Shown one piece after another: positions 55,114-64,000 of a DNA stretch of 64,000 nucleotides. The notes beneath the pieces were generated by a model that was given only the letters and a program-made list of their open reading frames with translations, made no database searches and was not told the DNA's origin. Position 1 is the first letter of the stretch, and each line of letters opens with the position of its first letter. Both the position numbers and the translations under genes were made by a program. The DNA is from a virus. The stretch is taken from UHGV virus genome UHGV-2031204, one strand, 5' to 3'.

Positions 55114-57351
55114 ATGAAAACGCCAGTAGAGCTAATGAGCAGTGTGGCTGACCGTGAGATTAATATCACCGAAGTATCAGGTGCAAGGGCATCGATGGTA
55201 GGCAACCATATGAAGTCTGCGGTCCCTATCGACAATCCTGAACCATCGCCACATTTTACAGGGGCAGATATAAACTACCACGATTTTCTGTTCAATGACG
55301 TTGTAGAAGATCCCGGTAGCATCTGCCACTATATGACCAAAGACGGTCGTCAGCGCCGCGCGACGTTTACACGTTATGGTCGTCGTGGGGATTCTAAAGC
55401 GTTGGAACATGCTATCTTCTTCCGCCGTGCAGAAATGAAGGGCGGTAAAACCATGATAGATGTGCTGGAGATTAACTTCTATACTAACCACGACAACATC
55501 TTCTCATCTGAGAAACGTGAGTCGATGAAACTGCGTAGTATTTTACGTGGCGAAACCGATCAGTTGGAAAAGGATGAAATCCTTACAACGATGTCGTGTA
55601 TGGTGGAAGGCGAGTACGCCGATAGCGTCGTGTTACCAACCGTTACGATTTCGCATCCTGATATCATCGAGGATTCTTACACCATCTCTGAGTACGCCGC
55701 CCAAAAACTCCACGGTTATGGTTTGAAAATCGTTGAAAAGACGCTACGTGAAGACGAGTTTTTACTGGATACTTACGGTTATATCGATCCGAACGGTAAT
55801 CGCGTCCCACGGTATTTCCCGGATGTGGGGGAGGCTATTCGTGACGATGGGTTGGTCATTGCATCGCGTCGTTTCGATGAGCTTTACGGTGCAATTGATG
55901 CGTCGCTTGGGGAAACCCAACACGTCTCTCCGTTCTTTGATAGTTGCGAATATGTGGATGCCGATCCCGTCCATTATAAAGCACGTCTTGCAGGCGACAA
56001 AGAACTGATGGAACGTAGCGGTACACGTATCGTCGATATCCAGGTGTGGCGTGATGAAACGTCTTGCGCGAATGGTGCTAACAATATTTCTTGTACCGAA
56101 GAGAACAAACGAGAACTGGATAAATACGCATTAGCATTGAAAGACTATTACAATGCCATCGTACGATTCTATTTCTCAATGTCCCGTGACAAAAATATTA
56201 TCTGGTCGCCGAAAGCGTGCGTGTTGTTGGAAAAAGCGTTCGCTTCTGAAACATACGAGGTCTATCACGAGTTTCGTGAAGAGATACGCGTGGTGATTGA
56301 TGAAGCAATTCGTCGTGGTGAATACGGTAAAGAAAATGTCAGTCAGCAGATTCTTTCTAAGTTGACCTCGCCAGTACAACGTGGACTCAGCGATCCCATC
56401 AACACGTATACCATTCGTATTGCTGTTCGTTATCCGATCCCGGTAACGGTGTCGTCTAAGATTACCGACCGCTCGGGTACGAAAGGGATTGTTGGGCGTG
56501 TATTGCCCGTTGAGCAGATGCCGATTAACGAATTCGGTGAACGTGTTCACGTTTTACGTTCGATGAACGCTGTAATTCGTCGCTCGACTTATGCAGCATT
56601 ATTCCACATGTATTGGTCAGCTGCGTCTGAACAGTTGAAAATGCGTCTTAAACCATTGCTGGATGAAGGACGTATCAGCGAGAGCTGGGAAATCCTGATG
56701 GATTATCTATCACGCTATAATCCAGAATGGGCCAATACACTACAGGCAACGCATCCTACGGAGGATTTACAACGCGAACTTTTCAAAGAGATTTACGATT
56801 TTACAATCCGTATTTACTTACCACATGAACTTGACGACACGCCAGTCGATATCAGTGAACGGTTGGGTGAATTTAAACCGCGTAAATCCAAACTCCTGAT
56901 TACTAATTTCGATGGTAAACAGGAATGGACAAAAAATGAGTTTTACGTAGGTGGTGTGGAAACATTACGTCTGGATAAAACAGGTCGTGAGTTTTCCAGC
57001 ATCTCGTCAATGTATCTGAATTATCTGGGTACGATAGATGCGTCTAACCAAGGCCGTGGTTCGTATCCGATAAACTATAAAACGCTAAAATGGGCTGGTC
57101 CTTCGGAAGAACGACTGTTAGCGGGTTATGGTCCAGGTAACTACGAAGAAGTTCACGACAGGGCAAATAACCCTGCGGTGCATCGTGAGATTTTAGTAGG
57201 GCTTTATCGATCTCAAACCCCGTCTAATCCGGGTCCACTGGTAGACCGGAATAAATTCCCGTTAGGGGATTCACAGATTGACAGGATGATGAAAAACATC
57301 CACAGCTGTGAAGGGTTTGAATTGGTGAAAATGAAAAGGGGCGATGAATAA
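55114..57351 (+). CDS. multisubunit RNA polymerase beta subunit, C-terminal module
   Basis: DRSGTKGIVGRVLPVEQMPINEFGERVHVLRSMNAV aligns with beta [41 protein letters not shown]; downstream GRGSY...LLAGYGPG resembles RSTGSYS...EAYGAA; CCTAAAGGAG leader and promoter-like motif. Confidence 0.8.
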   Translation: MKTPVELMSSVADREINITEVSGARASMVGNHMKSAVPIDNPEPSPHFTGADINYHDFLFNDVVEDPGSICHYMTKDGRQRRATFTRYGRRGDSKALEHAIFFRRAEMKGGKTMIDVLEINFYTNHDNIFSSEKRESMKLRSILRGETDQLEKDEILTTMSCMVEGEYADSVVLPTVTISHPDIIEDSYTISEYAAQKLHGYGLKIVEKTLREDEFLLDTYGYIDPNGNRVPRYFPDVGEAIRDDGLVIASRRFDELYGAIDASLGETQHVSPFFDSCEYVDADPVHYKARLAGDKELMERSGTRIVDIQVWRDETSCANGANNISCTEENKRELDKYALALKDYYNAIVRFYFSMSRDKNIIWSPKACVLLEKAFASETYEVYHEFREEIRVVIDEAIRRGEYGKENVSQQILSKLTSPVQRGLSDPINTYTIRIAVRYPIPVTVSSKITDRSGTKGIVGRVLPVEQMPINEFGERVHVLRSMNAVIRRSTYAALFHMYWSAASEQLKMRLKPLLDEGRISESWEILMDYLSRYNPEWANTLQATHPTEDLQRELFKEIYDFTIRIYLPHELDDTPVDISERLGEFKPRKSKLLITNFDGKQEWTKNEFYVGGVETLRLDKTGREFSSISSMYLNYLGTIDASNQGRGSYPINYKTLKWAGPSEERLLAGYGPGNYEEVHDRANNPAVHREILVGLYRSQTPSNPGPLVDRNKFPLGDSQIDRMMKNIHSCEGFELVKMKRGDE

Positions 57352-59450
57352 TGAAGGGCACTCCAGTTCACGTGCGTGATCTGTGTAAACTGAACTCGGA
57401 TCAGGTGTGGCTATTGCGCGGCAGATATGAAGTGACGTTCGATGACGGGATAACCTTAAACATGTCAGGACGCCACATTAAAATCAGTTGGCCTTATTGG
57501 GGGCTAACACGATTTTATCCGCAGATCCCAATCAGTTCGCAAATGGCGTATAAACATGGCGACACCGCTACAGATGACGCACATCTGAAGTTTATGTCAT
57601 TGGCAGCTGTGGCAGCACGTAAAGCGGGTGTGGATTTAGCAGATACCCGCTATTTATTGCAGCAGCACGTCTATGCGGATGCGTTTAACTTATCGGTGAA
57701 AAATCTGTTGTCGTATTGTGTCACGATTGACTACGATACGATGATGGAAATTTACCAACACCGAAATTTTACGCAGATTCATCAGTGGGCACAAATGTAT
57801 CCTACTGGGTACGACGAAGAAGGTCGGGATATGATCGAAGAAGCGTATCTTCTTATCGAAGATATCTTCAAAGACCCACAACTTCGTTTAAACCCTGTGG
57901 TGATGTCGGTCTTGGATAAAACCATCAAAATGAACCAGGTTCTCCAGGCGTATATACGCGGGAAAACGTCAGAGATTGATTCTCGCGTTTATTCTAACCA
58001 GGTATGGGAAGGTTTCTTTACGGGCCTACATTCTGTAATTAGCCGTCTGAAAGAAGCGGGAGCGACGTCACGTTCTCACCTGTATAATACCGATAAAATC
58101 GCCGATGCGGAATATGCGTCACGTAAGCTACAGTTAGCAGCCAACGTGTTAATGTATTTCGAATACGACGATTGCGGTACGCATCATGTTCACCGCCACA
58201 CGTTTACAGAAAGTAAACTGGAGCGTAAGAAGTACGATGCGATGGTAGGGATGCGTTATCGTTTTGAAGGCGTGGGAGGCCCGTGGCTACGATTCGAGAA
58301 AGGGGAGTTTGAGAAAGTCTTAGGTAAACCTATTGAGTTTCGTACCGCGATGTGCTGTAAGGGGATGGCACGTCAAAGCATTTGTGCAACGTGCATGGGT
58401 GATTTGATTTATAACCTTTCGCCGGGAACGTCCCCAGGTCACTTGGCTTCAACCTCGATATCTGAAAAGGGTACGCAGGGGATTCTCTCAACGAAGCACT
58501 TGGACTTCTTACGTTATCTGCTGAATCTGGTACTGACTCCGAGAATGCGGGATTATCTTGGGGAGTATAAACACAACTCCGTAAAAGGGTTGAGTTTACG
58601 GGAGAAACCGCAGTACGGTAATTGGGATGAATACCAACTCGTTATTTCTGATGAAGTCTATTCTGAAATCAGCCAAATCGCGTATCATGACGATTTGGAA
58701 GTGATCGACGAAACGGCATTGCCGGAGATTAACGAACTGACCTTTTTGCGGTTGGATGAAGCTGGGAATGTGTTGGCTGAAGATCCCATTGACGTCCGTA
58801 TGGGGGTTTGTGGTAACTTCTCGAAAGCCTTCTTGCATTTCTTCCTGAAACAGCGCGATAACATTACCTTCCCGTCGAAGAAGCTGGTACGGATTCCCCT
58901 GAAAGGATGGAAACCGAGTTGGCCGATACTAATTTATACGAATCGGTCTGAATCTATGGCGGAGTTTGTAGCAGGGTTAGAATTGAAACTTCGTTCGGTT
59001 GCGTCTGATAAATCGGATACTTTCGAACAGTTCTCTGATGACTCAATGCGTTTGAGCAAGAAGTCGGGTAAGGTAAAACCAACGACTCTGGTTCAGATGC
59101 GCGGTGCTACGGAGAAACAATGTACGCACGCGTTATTTGATGTGTTTAAATATATCCAACGTAAGCTCGGTGGTATTCCGATGACACACATCGCGATTAT
59201 GCTGGCGATATCACGCGTTGAATCACCGACCAATCCTTTCCCGGCGGTTGGGTTTGATAGTGAAGATGCTGATGTGATGGATGGCAAACGTTTCGAGGAT
59301 CACAATACGTTGATTGCGATGCGTTCAGCTGTACCGATGTTGTTATTCGAAGGCCAACAGAAAAACCTGGACAACGTGCGTTTCTACACGTCGCGTAAAC
59401 GTCCGGCGTCGTTATACGACAATACGGTGGCCGCGACTATCATTGAGTAA
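57351..59450 (+). CDS. multisubunit RNA polymerase beta-prime subunit, C-terminal module
   Basis: CATCMGDLIYN...SISEKGTQGILSTKHL aligns with beta-prime CAHCYGRDLARG...SIGEPGTQLTMRTFH (trigger-loop region G); start overlaps upstream stop (ATAATG). Confidence 0.8.
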   Translation: MKGTPVHVRDLCKLNSDQVWLLRGRYEVTFDDGITLNMSGRHIKISWPYWGLTRFYPQIPISSQMAYKHGDTATDDAHLKFMSLAAVAARKAGVDLADTRYLLQQHVYADAFNLSVKNLLSYCVTIDYDTMMEIYQHRNFTQIHQWAQMYPTGYDEEGRDMIEEAYLLIEDIFKDPQLRLNPVVMSVLDKTIKMNQVLQAYIRGKTSEIDSRVYSNQVWEGFFTGLHSVISRLKEAGATSRSHLYNTDKIADAEYASRKLQLAANVLMYFEYDDCGTHHVHRHTFTESKLERKKYDAMVGMRYRFEGVGGPWLRFEKGEFEKVLGKPIEFRTAMCCKGMARQSICATCMGDLIYNLSPGTSPGHLASTSISEKGTQGILSTKHLDFLRYLLNLVLTPRMRDYLGEYKHNSVKGLSLREKPQYGNWDEYQLVISDEVYSEISQIAYHDDLEVIDETALPEINELTFLRLDEAGNVLAEDPIDVRMGVCGNFSKAFLHFFLKQRDNITFPSKKLVRIPLKGWKPSWPILIYTNRSESMAEFVAGLELKLRSVASDKSDTFEQFSDDSMRLSKKSGKVKPTTLVQMRGATEKQCTHALFDVFKYIQRKLGGIPMTHIAIMLAISRVESPTNPFPAVGFDSEDADVMDGKRFEDHNTLIAMRSAVPMLLFEGQQKNLDNVRFYTSRKRPASLYDNTVAATIIE

Positions 59451-59452
59451 AC

Positions 59453-59480
59453 GAGAGGGGCCTGCGCCCCTCTTTTTTTG
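59453..59480 (+). terminator. intrinsic terminator after the RNAP beta / beta-prime pair
   Basis: GAGGGGCCTGCGCCCCTC hairpin followed by T7. Confidence 0.8.
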
Positions 59481-59492
59481 TAAGAGGGGAGC

Positions 59493-61202
59493 ATGTACGA
59501 ATTCCACATGACCTTTACGAGTATGGGCGTGAGGGTCGAAGTCCCTTGTCGACCTATAGAGTCGGCGATCCTAAAGTGGGCAGAAGAGAATATGCACGCC
59601 CCGAAAATGGGTAAACAATACGGAAGAATCATCACCGAACGTGGCGATCCGTATTACGCGCATATACCTTCTATCCGTACCTTTATATTCCACCGGAATT
59701 TTTCCGAACGTTTACGAATCATTATTAACCGAACTGCCGCTGAGTTTGCGATTGACTTTAAACTCTACGAGCATCACTTAACCCAGGGAACACCTTACCG
59801 CTGTACGTTTGAAAACTACGGCTTTAACATGATAGAAGAAGATGAGTCGTCACGCTTCTTTTATCAGAATGGCGTTGTAGAAACAGCGTGCCAGCCTAAC
59901 CGCTTACAAACCATCTTTGAGATTGGTACAGGGATGGGTAAGTCGAAGACGAACATGAAAGTGATGGTTCGTAAAGGGGTAAGAACGTTATTGATTCATC
60001 GACCCACGTACATCTCTAAATGGTTATTCGACTTAACGGAAGACCCTACTGGACTTCGTGAATCGAAAGAGGACGTCTTGGTTATACAGGGCGTACAAGC
60101 GGTCTACGAAGCGCTAGAAATGGGTGAAAGTGGTGAGTTGGATAAACGTGGCATCAAAGTTATTATCGTCTCTACAGTGACGTTACAGCGGTTTTTGAAA
60201 GAATATATCAACACCGCTGCGACTAACCCGGTGAACATCGATGATTTCTATAACACGCTAGGTGTTGGGTTTTTATCGATGGATGAAGTGCACGAACATT
60301 TCCACTTGGTGTACATGGCTGGAATTATGTTGAATCCGCCGCCCTCTGTTGAAATGTCAGCCACACTCCAACCGGGTGAATCGAAAGCGTTCTTGGCAGA
60401 ACGGTATAAAGAACGTTTCCCACAAGAGGCACGCATCACCATTCCGATTATTCCTGCGGTACACGTGAAAGCGTTGTATTACCGAATTGAGAATAAACGG
60501 TTTGCGTGGTGGGCAACGAAGATGACCCCGTATAACCACAAACTGTTTGAAGGGAAGCTGATTAGCGAAAACCTTCATCAGTCGTACGCGGATATGGTCT
60601 GGGATGTAATAGAACGGACGTATCTGGCAGGTTATCAACCTGGTCAGAAAGTGTTGGTGTTGTTTGCAACCGTCGCAATGTGTGAGTTCTTTACGGATTA
60701 TGTGCGAGAGAAGCTTGCACAATCTGATAAGTTCCACGCTTTGATGGTTGCGAAATATAACGCAGGAGATTCGTATGACGACTTCATTCAAGCGGATTTC
60801 TCTATTTCAACACCAGGGAAAGCGGGTACTGCGGTTGACAAACCGGGGTTGGTTCACATGTACATTACCACCCCTGTGGAAGACCAGCAGTTAAACCGTC
60901 AGATGGCCGGACGCCCACGTAAGATCCTCCACAACGACTGGGGTGAACTCGATCCCGTTGTGTGGTTATTCCATTCTTATTCGATACCGAAGCATTGCAA
61001 TTACTTGAATGCGCGTCAAAAATCACTGAGTGATTCTGTGTTGTCGTTTAAGATAGCCACCTCACCGTATATTGTAAGGAAAGCTGATGTTACTACCGCC
61101 GCAGCCAACAGAGCCAACCGCGCCGTATGCCGGTCTGAACTTAGCAAGTTTTCTCGAAAAAGTTTTAAAGGCGTATCCCGACGTTTTAGACGTCGTAAAT
61201 AA
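59493..61202 (+). CDS. superfamily-2 helicase (DEVH box)
   Basis: Walker A GTGMGKSKT and Walker B/DExH LSMDEVHEHF in correct order and spacing; GAGGGGAGC upstream of ATG. Confidence 0.7.
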   Translation: MYEFHMTFTSMGVRVEVPCRPIESAILKWAEENMHAPKMGKQYGRIITERGDPYYAHIPSIRTFIFHRNFSERLRIIINRTAAEFAIDFKLYEHHLTQGTPYRCTFENYGFNMIEEDESSRFFYQNGVVETACQPNRLQTIFEIGTGMGKSKTNMKVMVRKGVRTLLIHRPTYISKWLFDLTEDPTGLRESKEDVLVIQGVQAVYEALEMGESGELDKRGIKVIIVSTVTLQRFLKEYINTAATNPVNIDDFYNTLGVGFLSMDEVHEHFHLVYMAGIMLNPPPSVEMSATLQPGESKAFLAERYKERFPQEARITIPIIPAVHVKALYYRIENKRFAWWATKMTPYNHKLFEGKLISENLHQSYADMVWDVIERTYLAGYQPGQKVLVLFATVAMCEFFTDYVREKLAQSDKFHALMVAKYNAGDSYDDFIQADFSISTPGKAGTAVDKPGLVHMYITTPVEDQQLNRQMAGRPRKILHNDWGELDPVVWLFHSYSIPKHCNYLNARQKSLSDSVLSFKIATSPYIVRKADVTTAAANRANRAVCRSELSKFSRKSFKGVSRRFRRRK

Positions 61203-61470
61203 ACTCTGTACCGATCCTGTGATGGGCGTTGCATTTCACTATTACATGGTGAATGAACACTATGCAGGAATGCAGATTTTCCAACGTGGTAAATGCTATT
61301 ATATCACACGTAACTCCAGTATTCGTAATACTTCGTCTTATGAATTGTACAGTTGGGTTCTGTGGTCTGAAAACCCCGCAGGTAATGTAGACCAAAACCC
61401 GAAAGTGGCCTATCGGTTATACTCCGAGAAATGGCACAGTTGGGTAACCGTTCCTCATGATAACGGTTAA
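61087..61470 (+). CDS. hypothetical protein (start uncertain, overlaps helicase 3' end)
   Basis: AGGAAAG RBS 4 nt upstream of ATG 61087; overlaps helicase ORF by 116 nt in another frame; alternative start ATG 61222. Confidence 0.45.
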   Translation: MLLPPQPTEPTAPYAGLNLASFLEKVLKAYPDVLDVVNKLCTDPVMGVAFHYYMVNEHYAGMQIFQRGKCYYITRNSSIRNTSSYELYSWVLWSENPAGNVDQNPKVAYRLYSEKWHSWVTVPHDNG

Positions 61471-61482
61471 AAAGAACAGAAC

Positions 61483-61515
61483 GGGTGTATATTGTGTACA
61501 CCCTTTCTTTTTTTG
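61483..61515 (+). terminator. intrinsic terminator
   Basis: GGGTGTATATTGTGTACACCC hairpin followed by TTTCTTTTTTTG. Confidence 0.8.
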
Positions 61516-61531
61516 CTAAAGGAATATAAAA

Positions 61532-62104
61532 ATGTCACGTCGTAAAAAGAAACCCGCTTATAATCCACGTGCTCTGGCGAAGAAAACCCTTCGTGATAGC
61601 GTGAAGAACGTGTATAAACTGGTCATTCTGTTCGAAGACCAAATGAAGATTTTGGCTGAGCGTATCGACAAAGAACGCGAGATTCTGGACGCGCTGCAAG
61701 AACCAGAATACAAAGAGTTTGCCATTAACGCGTTAGACGAAGCGAAAGCGGCTTTCGTGGGACTGATGGCAGAGGGGAAAGAAAAGCTGGGTGCTAAATT
61801 GATTGCGATCGATGAAGTGGCAACCAAAACCAAAACGATGTTGGAAAGCACAAATTGGGCCAATGTCAAAGAGCAATACGAGCTGGATACTCTGCTGGTG
61901 ACTAACCTGGAAACCGATGCGATCTTCCTGGGCAAAGATATTCAGGGTGCCGCGATTGAAATCTTGTCATTGTACAATAGTCGCGCGGATTTTGTAAAAC
62001 GTGCAATGCAGCAAGGCAGCACGTTCGCCGAAGCGTACGAACTTCTACAGCAGGCTGAGCAGGCTGTAAAACAACCAGACACCGTCGTTGAAGCAGAGGG
62101 TTAA
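61532..62104 (+). CDS. hypothetical protein with basic N-terminus and helical Glu/Lys/Ala-rich body
   Basis: 190-aa ORF, AAAGGAATATAAAAATG leader, N-terminal MSRRKKKP. Confidence 0.65.
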   Translation: MSRRKKKPAYNPRALAKKTLRDSVKNVYKLVILFEDQMKILAERIDKEREILDALQEPEYKEFAINALDEAKAAFVGLMAEGKEKLGAKLIAIDEVATKTKTMLESTNWANVKEQYELDTLLVTNLETDAIFLGKDIQGAAIEILSLYNSRADFVKRAMQQGSTFAEAYELLQQAEQAVKQPDTVVEAEG

Positions 62105-62107
62105 TTA

Positions 62108-64000
62108 ATGTCAGATACTTTAGACCAACGCCCAGGCAATGGGCGTCGTCGGGTTCAGGAAGACACACCTCATGTCGTCGTGCCTGAGGCTGACTTGTCT
62201 ACGATGTCCGCCGACGATGGGATTATGGCAATCAAACGCAGTAATCCCCATTTTTCATTTGCTCAAGCAGAAGAGATGTATCACAACCTCGTAAAAGCGA
62301 AACCTGCTGAAGAACCCGTTTTACCTAAACCGGTTTATGAGGAAGAACCTGCTCCGGTAGTAACGATTGCTGAGCCAGAACCCGTTGTCGTTGAGCCGGT
62401 TATTCAGCAACCTGATCCTGCCCCTGTCGCAGACAAACCTGCGCCGGTGGTAGAGAAGAAAGCCGAAGAACCTTACGTTCCTCAAGCGATCGAAGGTTCA
62501 CAGATTGCCGCTGATCATGAACCTGAAGCATCCCCGGCAGTGAAAGAACAACCAGCTGAGCACCATGTGAATTTTGGTACGCAAGCACCACATGAGGAAA
62601 TCAGCGAATTGCCCGAAGACGATCCAGGTCGAGTTCTGACGGAGTTCAACACACTGATTGGTTTACGTGAAGACCCGAACCTCATTGGTAGCGAACTGAA
62701 GAAATTCTTTTCCAGTGTTCCGCGCGGTAGTGACGGTCGGCTCCTGTTTAAATCGGAAGAACAGCGTGACCTGTACGAGCGTTTGTATCGTGCCCTGAAC
62801 ATGATGCCACCGCGTTTACAAAACCAGCAGCAAGCATTCGATGGTGCATTGTCTCGTGAAGATACCGCCTGGGAACAGCGTGTACAGTTGCCGGGAATGT
62901 CTAAGCCGGTTGGCTTCATTACACCACGTAACAGTCAGCACACCGGTGCTATTGCGGCACTTCGTCGTCGCCGTAAGTCAGGTATCCCTAACTGGGTATG
63001 GTTACCCGCAACGGGTATCTTTGTAGGCTTCCGTGCACCGTTAGAACGCGAAATCTGTGATTTTGATATTCAGCTGACCCTGGAAACTGCAAAAATCGGT
63101 ATGCAGACCTACGGTCTGATGTTATCCGCATCTTCGGGTATCTATTTAAGCCATATGGTTGAATTTGCGTTACGCTTCGTTACTGACTGCACGTTGGATT
63201 GCGAAGGGAACGACATGAAGACCGTGCTGTTGGATACTATCGATCTTGCGGATTATTGGCTGTTGCTGATTGGTGTGATGCAAGCGAAATATCCCGGCGG
63301 TTTGCCGTGGACGTTAATCTGTGGCCATGAGGGATGTGGTTATCAAGAAGATATTCGTCTGAACCTGGCCCGTTGTATCCGTATGGGGACGTCACTTTAC
63401 ACCGATATGCAGCGTAGCCTGTGGGCTCAGCAGCGTGGTAAAGAAGACGTTACGATCAGTCGTTTGGAACAACGTAAGTTTGTTGAAGAACACCTGAAAG
63501 ATCCGTCTGCGACATTCGTAAGCGACGGGATTACCGTTAAATTCGGTCGTTCGACGTTAGGTAAGTTCTTTGATAATACAGAACGTTGGGTGGAAGAGAA
63601 CAACACCGCGTCTACATCTGCGTTGGCTGAGAAAGGCACCGAGCGGGAGCGTGAAGATCACCTTCGTCTCATTACCGAAGCACGTCGCTTAACACGTTAT
63701 GCGTATATGGTGGAATCCATTACGGTAACTGAAGAAGTTATGCAGGACGATGAAATTCGTGAGGTAAGCACCACAGAAACGGATACCGATAAGATTATCC
63801 AGATTCTGGAGGAGCTGTCTTCCGATCGTCACTATGTGTACGAGTTTGAGGCGGCTGCGGCGAACTATAACGAACGTAGTCGTTTGGCGGTGTTCGGATA
63901 TATGGGTCAGAAATGTCCGTCTTGCGGTAAAACCCATGAGGGCGAAAAAGAAGGTACTTACCGTGGTATCGTGACGATCTCACCGGACCGCGTTTTTTTC
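62108..64000 (+). CDS. hypothetical protein, 3' end truncated by window end
   Basis: ATG 62108 four nt after the upstream stop; no in-frame stop read through to 64000 (at least 631 codons); Pro/Glu-rich linker near the N-terminus; not in the ORF track because it has no stop in the window. Confidence 0.65.
   Translation, partial: MSDTLDQRPGNGRRRVQEDTPHVVVPEADLSTMSADDGIMAIKRSNPHFSFAQAEEMYHNLVKAKPAEEPVLPKPVYEEEPAPVVTIAEPEPVVVEPVIQQPDPAPVADKPAPVVEKKAEEPYVPQAIEGSQIAADHEPEASPAVKEQPAEHHVNFGTQAPHEEISELPEDDPGRVLTEFNTLIGLREDPNLIGSELKKFFSSVPRGSDGRLLFKSEEQRDLYERLYRALNMMPPRLQNQQQAFDGALSREDTAWEQRVQLPGMSKPVGFITPRNSQHTGAIAALRRRRKSGIPNWVWLPATGIFVGFRAPLEREICDFDIQLTLETAKIGMQTYGLMLSASSGIYLSHMVEFALRFVTDCTLDCEGNDMKTVLLDTIDLADYWLLLIGVMQAKYPGGLPWTLICGHEGCGYQEDIRLNLARCIRMGTSLYTDMQRSLWAQQRGKEDVTISRLEQRKFVEEHLKDPSATFVSDGITVKFGRSTLGKFFDNTERWVEENNTASTSALAEKGTEREREDHLRLITEARRLTRYAYMVESITVTEEVMQDDEIREVSTTETDTDKIIQILEELSSDRHYVYEFEAAAANYNERSRLAVFGYMGQKCPSCGKTHEGEKEGTYRGIVTISPDRVFF

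Noticed and set aside
1-64000. CRISPR arrays, integrase/transposase genes, prophage attachment sites
   Set aside because: No regularly spaced direct repeats with unique spacers and no recombinase-like motifs were seen; the segment looks like a lytic jumbo-phage genome rather than an integrated element.

Overview
The window reads as one contiguous segment of a large dsDNA phage genome, most consistent with a jumbo phiKZ-like (nucleus-forming, Chimalliviridae-type) phage of an enterobacterial host. The key evidence is five genes for split multisubunit RNA polymerase subunits: two beta-prime N-terminal modules (292..1911 with a DYDGD variant; 43787..45394 with canonical NADFDGDQ), one beta-like N-region subunit (1921..6087), and an adjacent beta C-terminal / beta-prime C-terminal pair (55114..59450). 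Other recognisable genes are a terminase large subunit (22134..24242), an SF2 DEVH helicase, an Mre11/SbcD-type metallophosphoesterase, an SSB-like protein, a HAD-type nucleotidase-like protein, and a strongly codon-optimised 615-aa gene that I propose as a chimallin-like shell protein candidate (41855..43702). Coding is dense and mostly on the + strand, with many intrinsic terminators. The most unusual region is 27.1-30.7 kb: two long hairpin-rich non-coding stretches, one with an AT-rich core and a GATC cluster, flank a three-gene/tRNA cassette holding an orphan HslV-like peptidase gene and a tRNA-Trp(CCA). A conserved ~30-bp promoter-like element with a GATA/TATC inverted-repeat core recurs at eight sites upstream of + strand genes, most with a conserved CCTAAAGGAG leader. 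All functional calls rest on motifs I could read by eye; no database search or folding was run, and most CDSs remain hypothetical.
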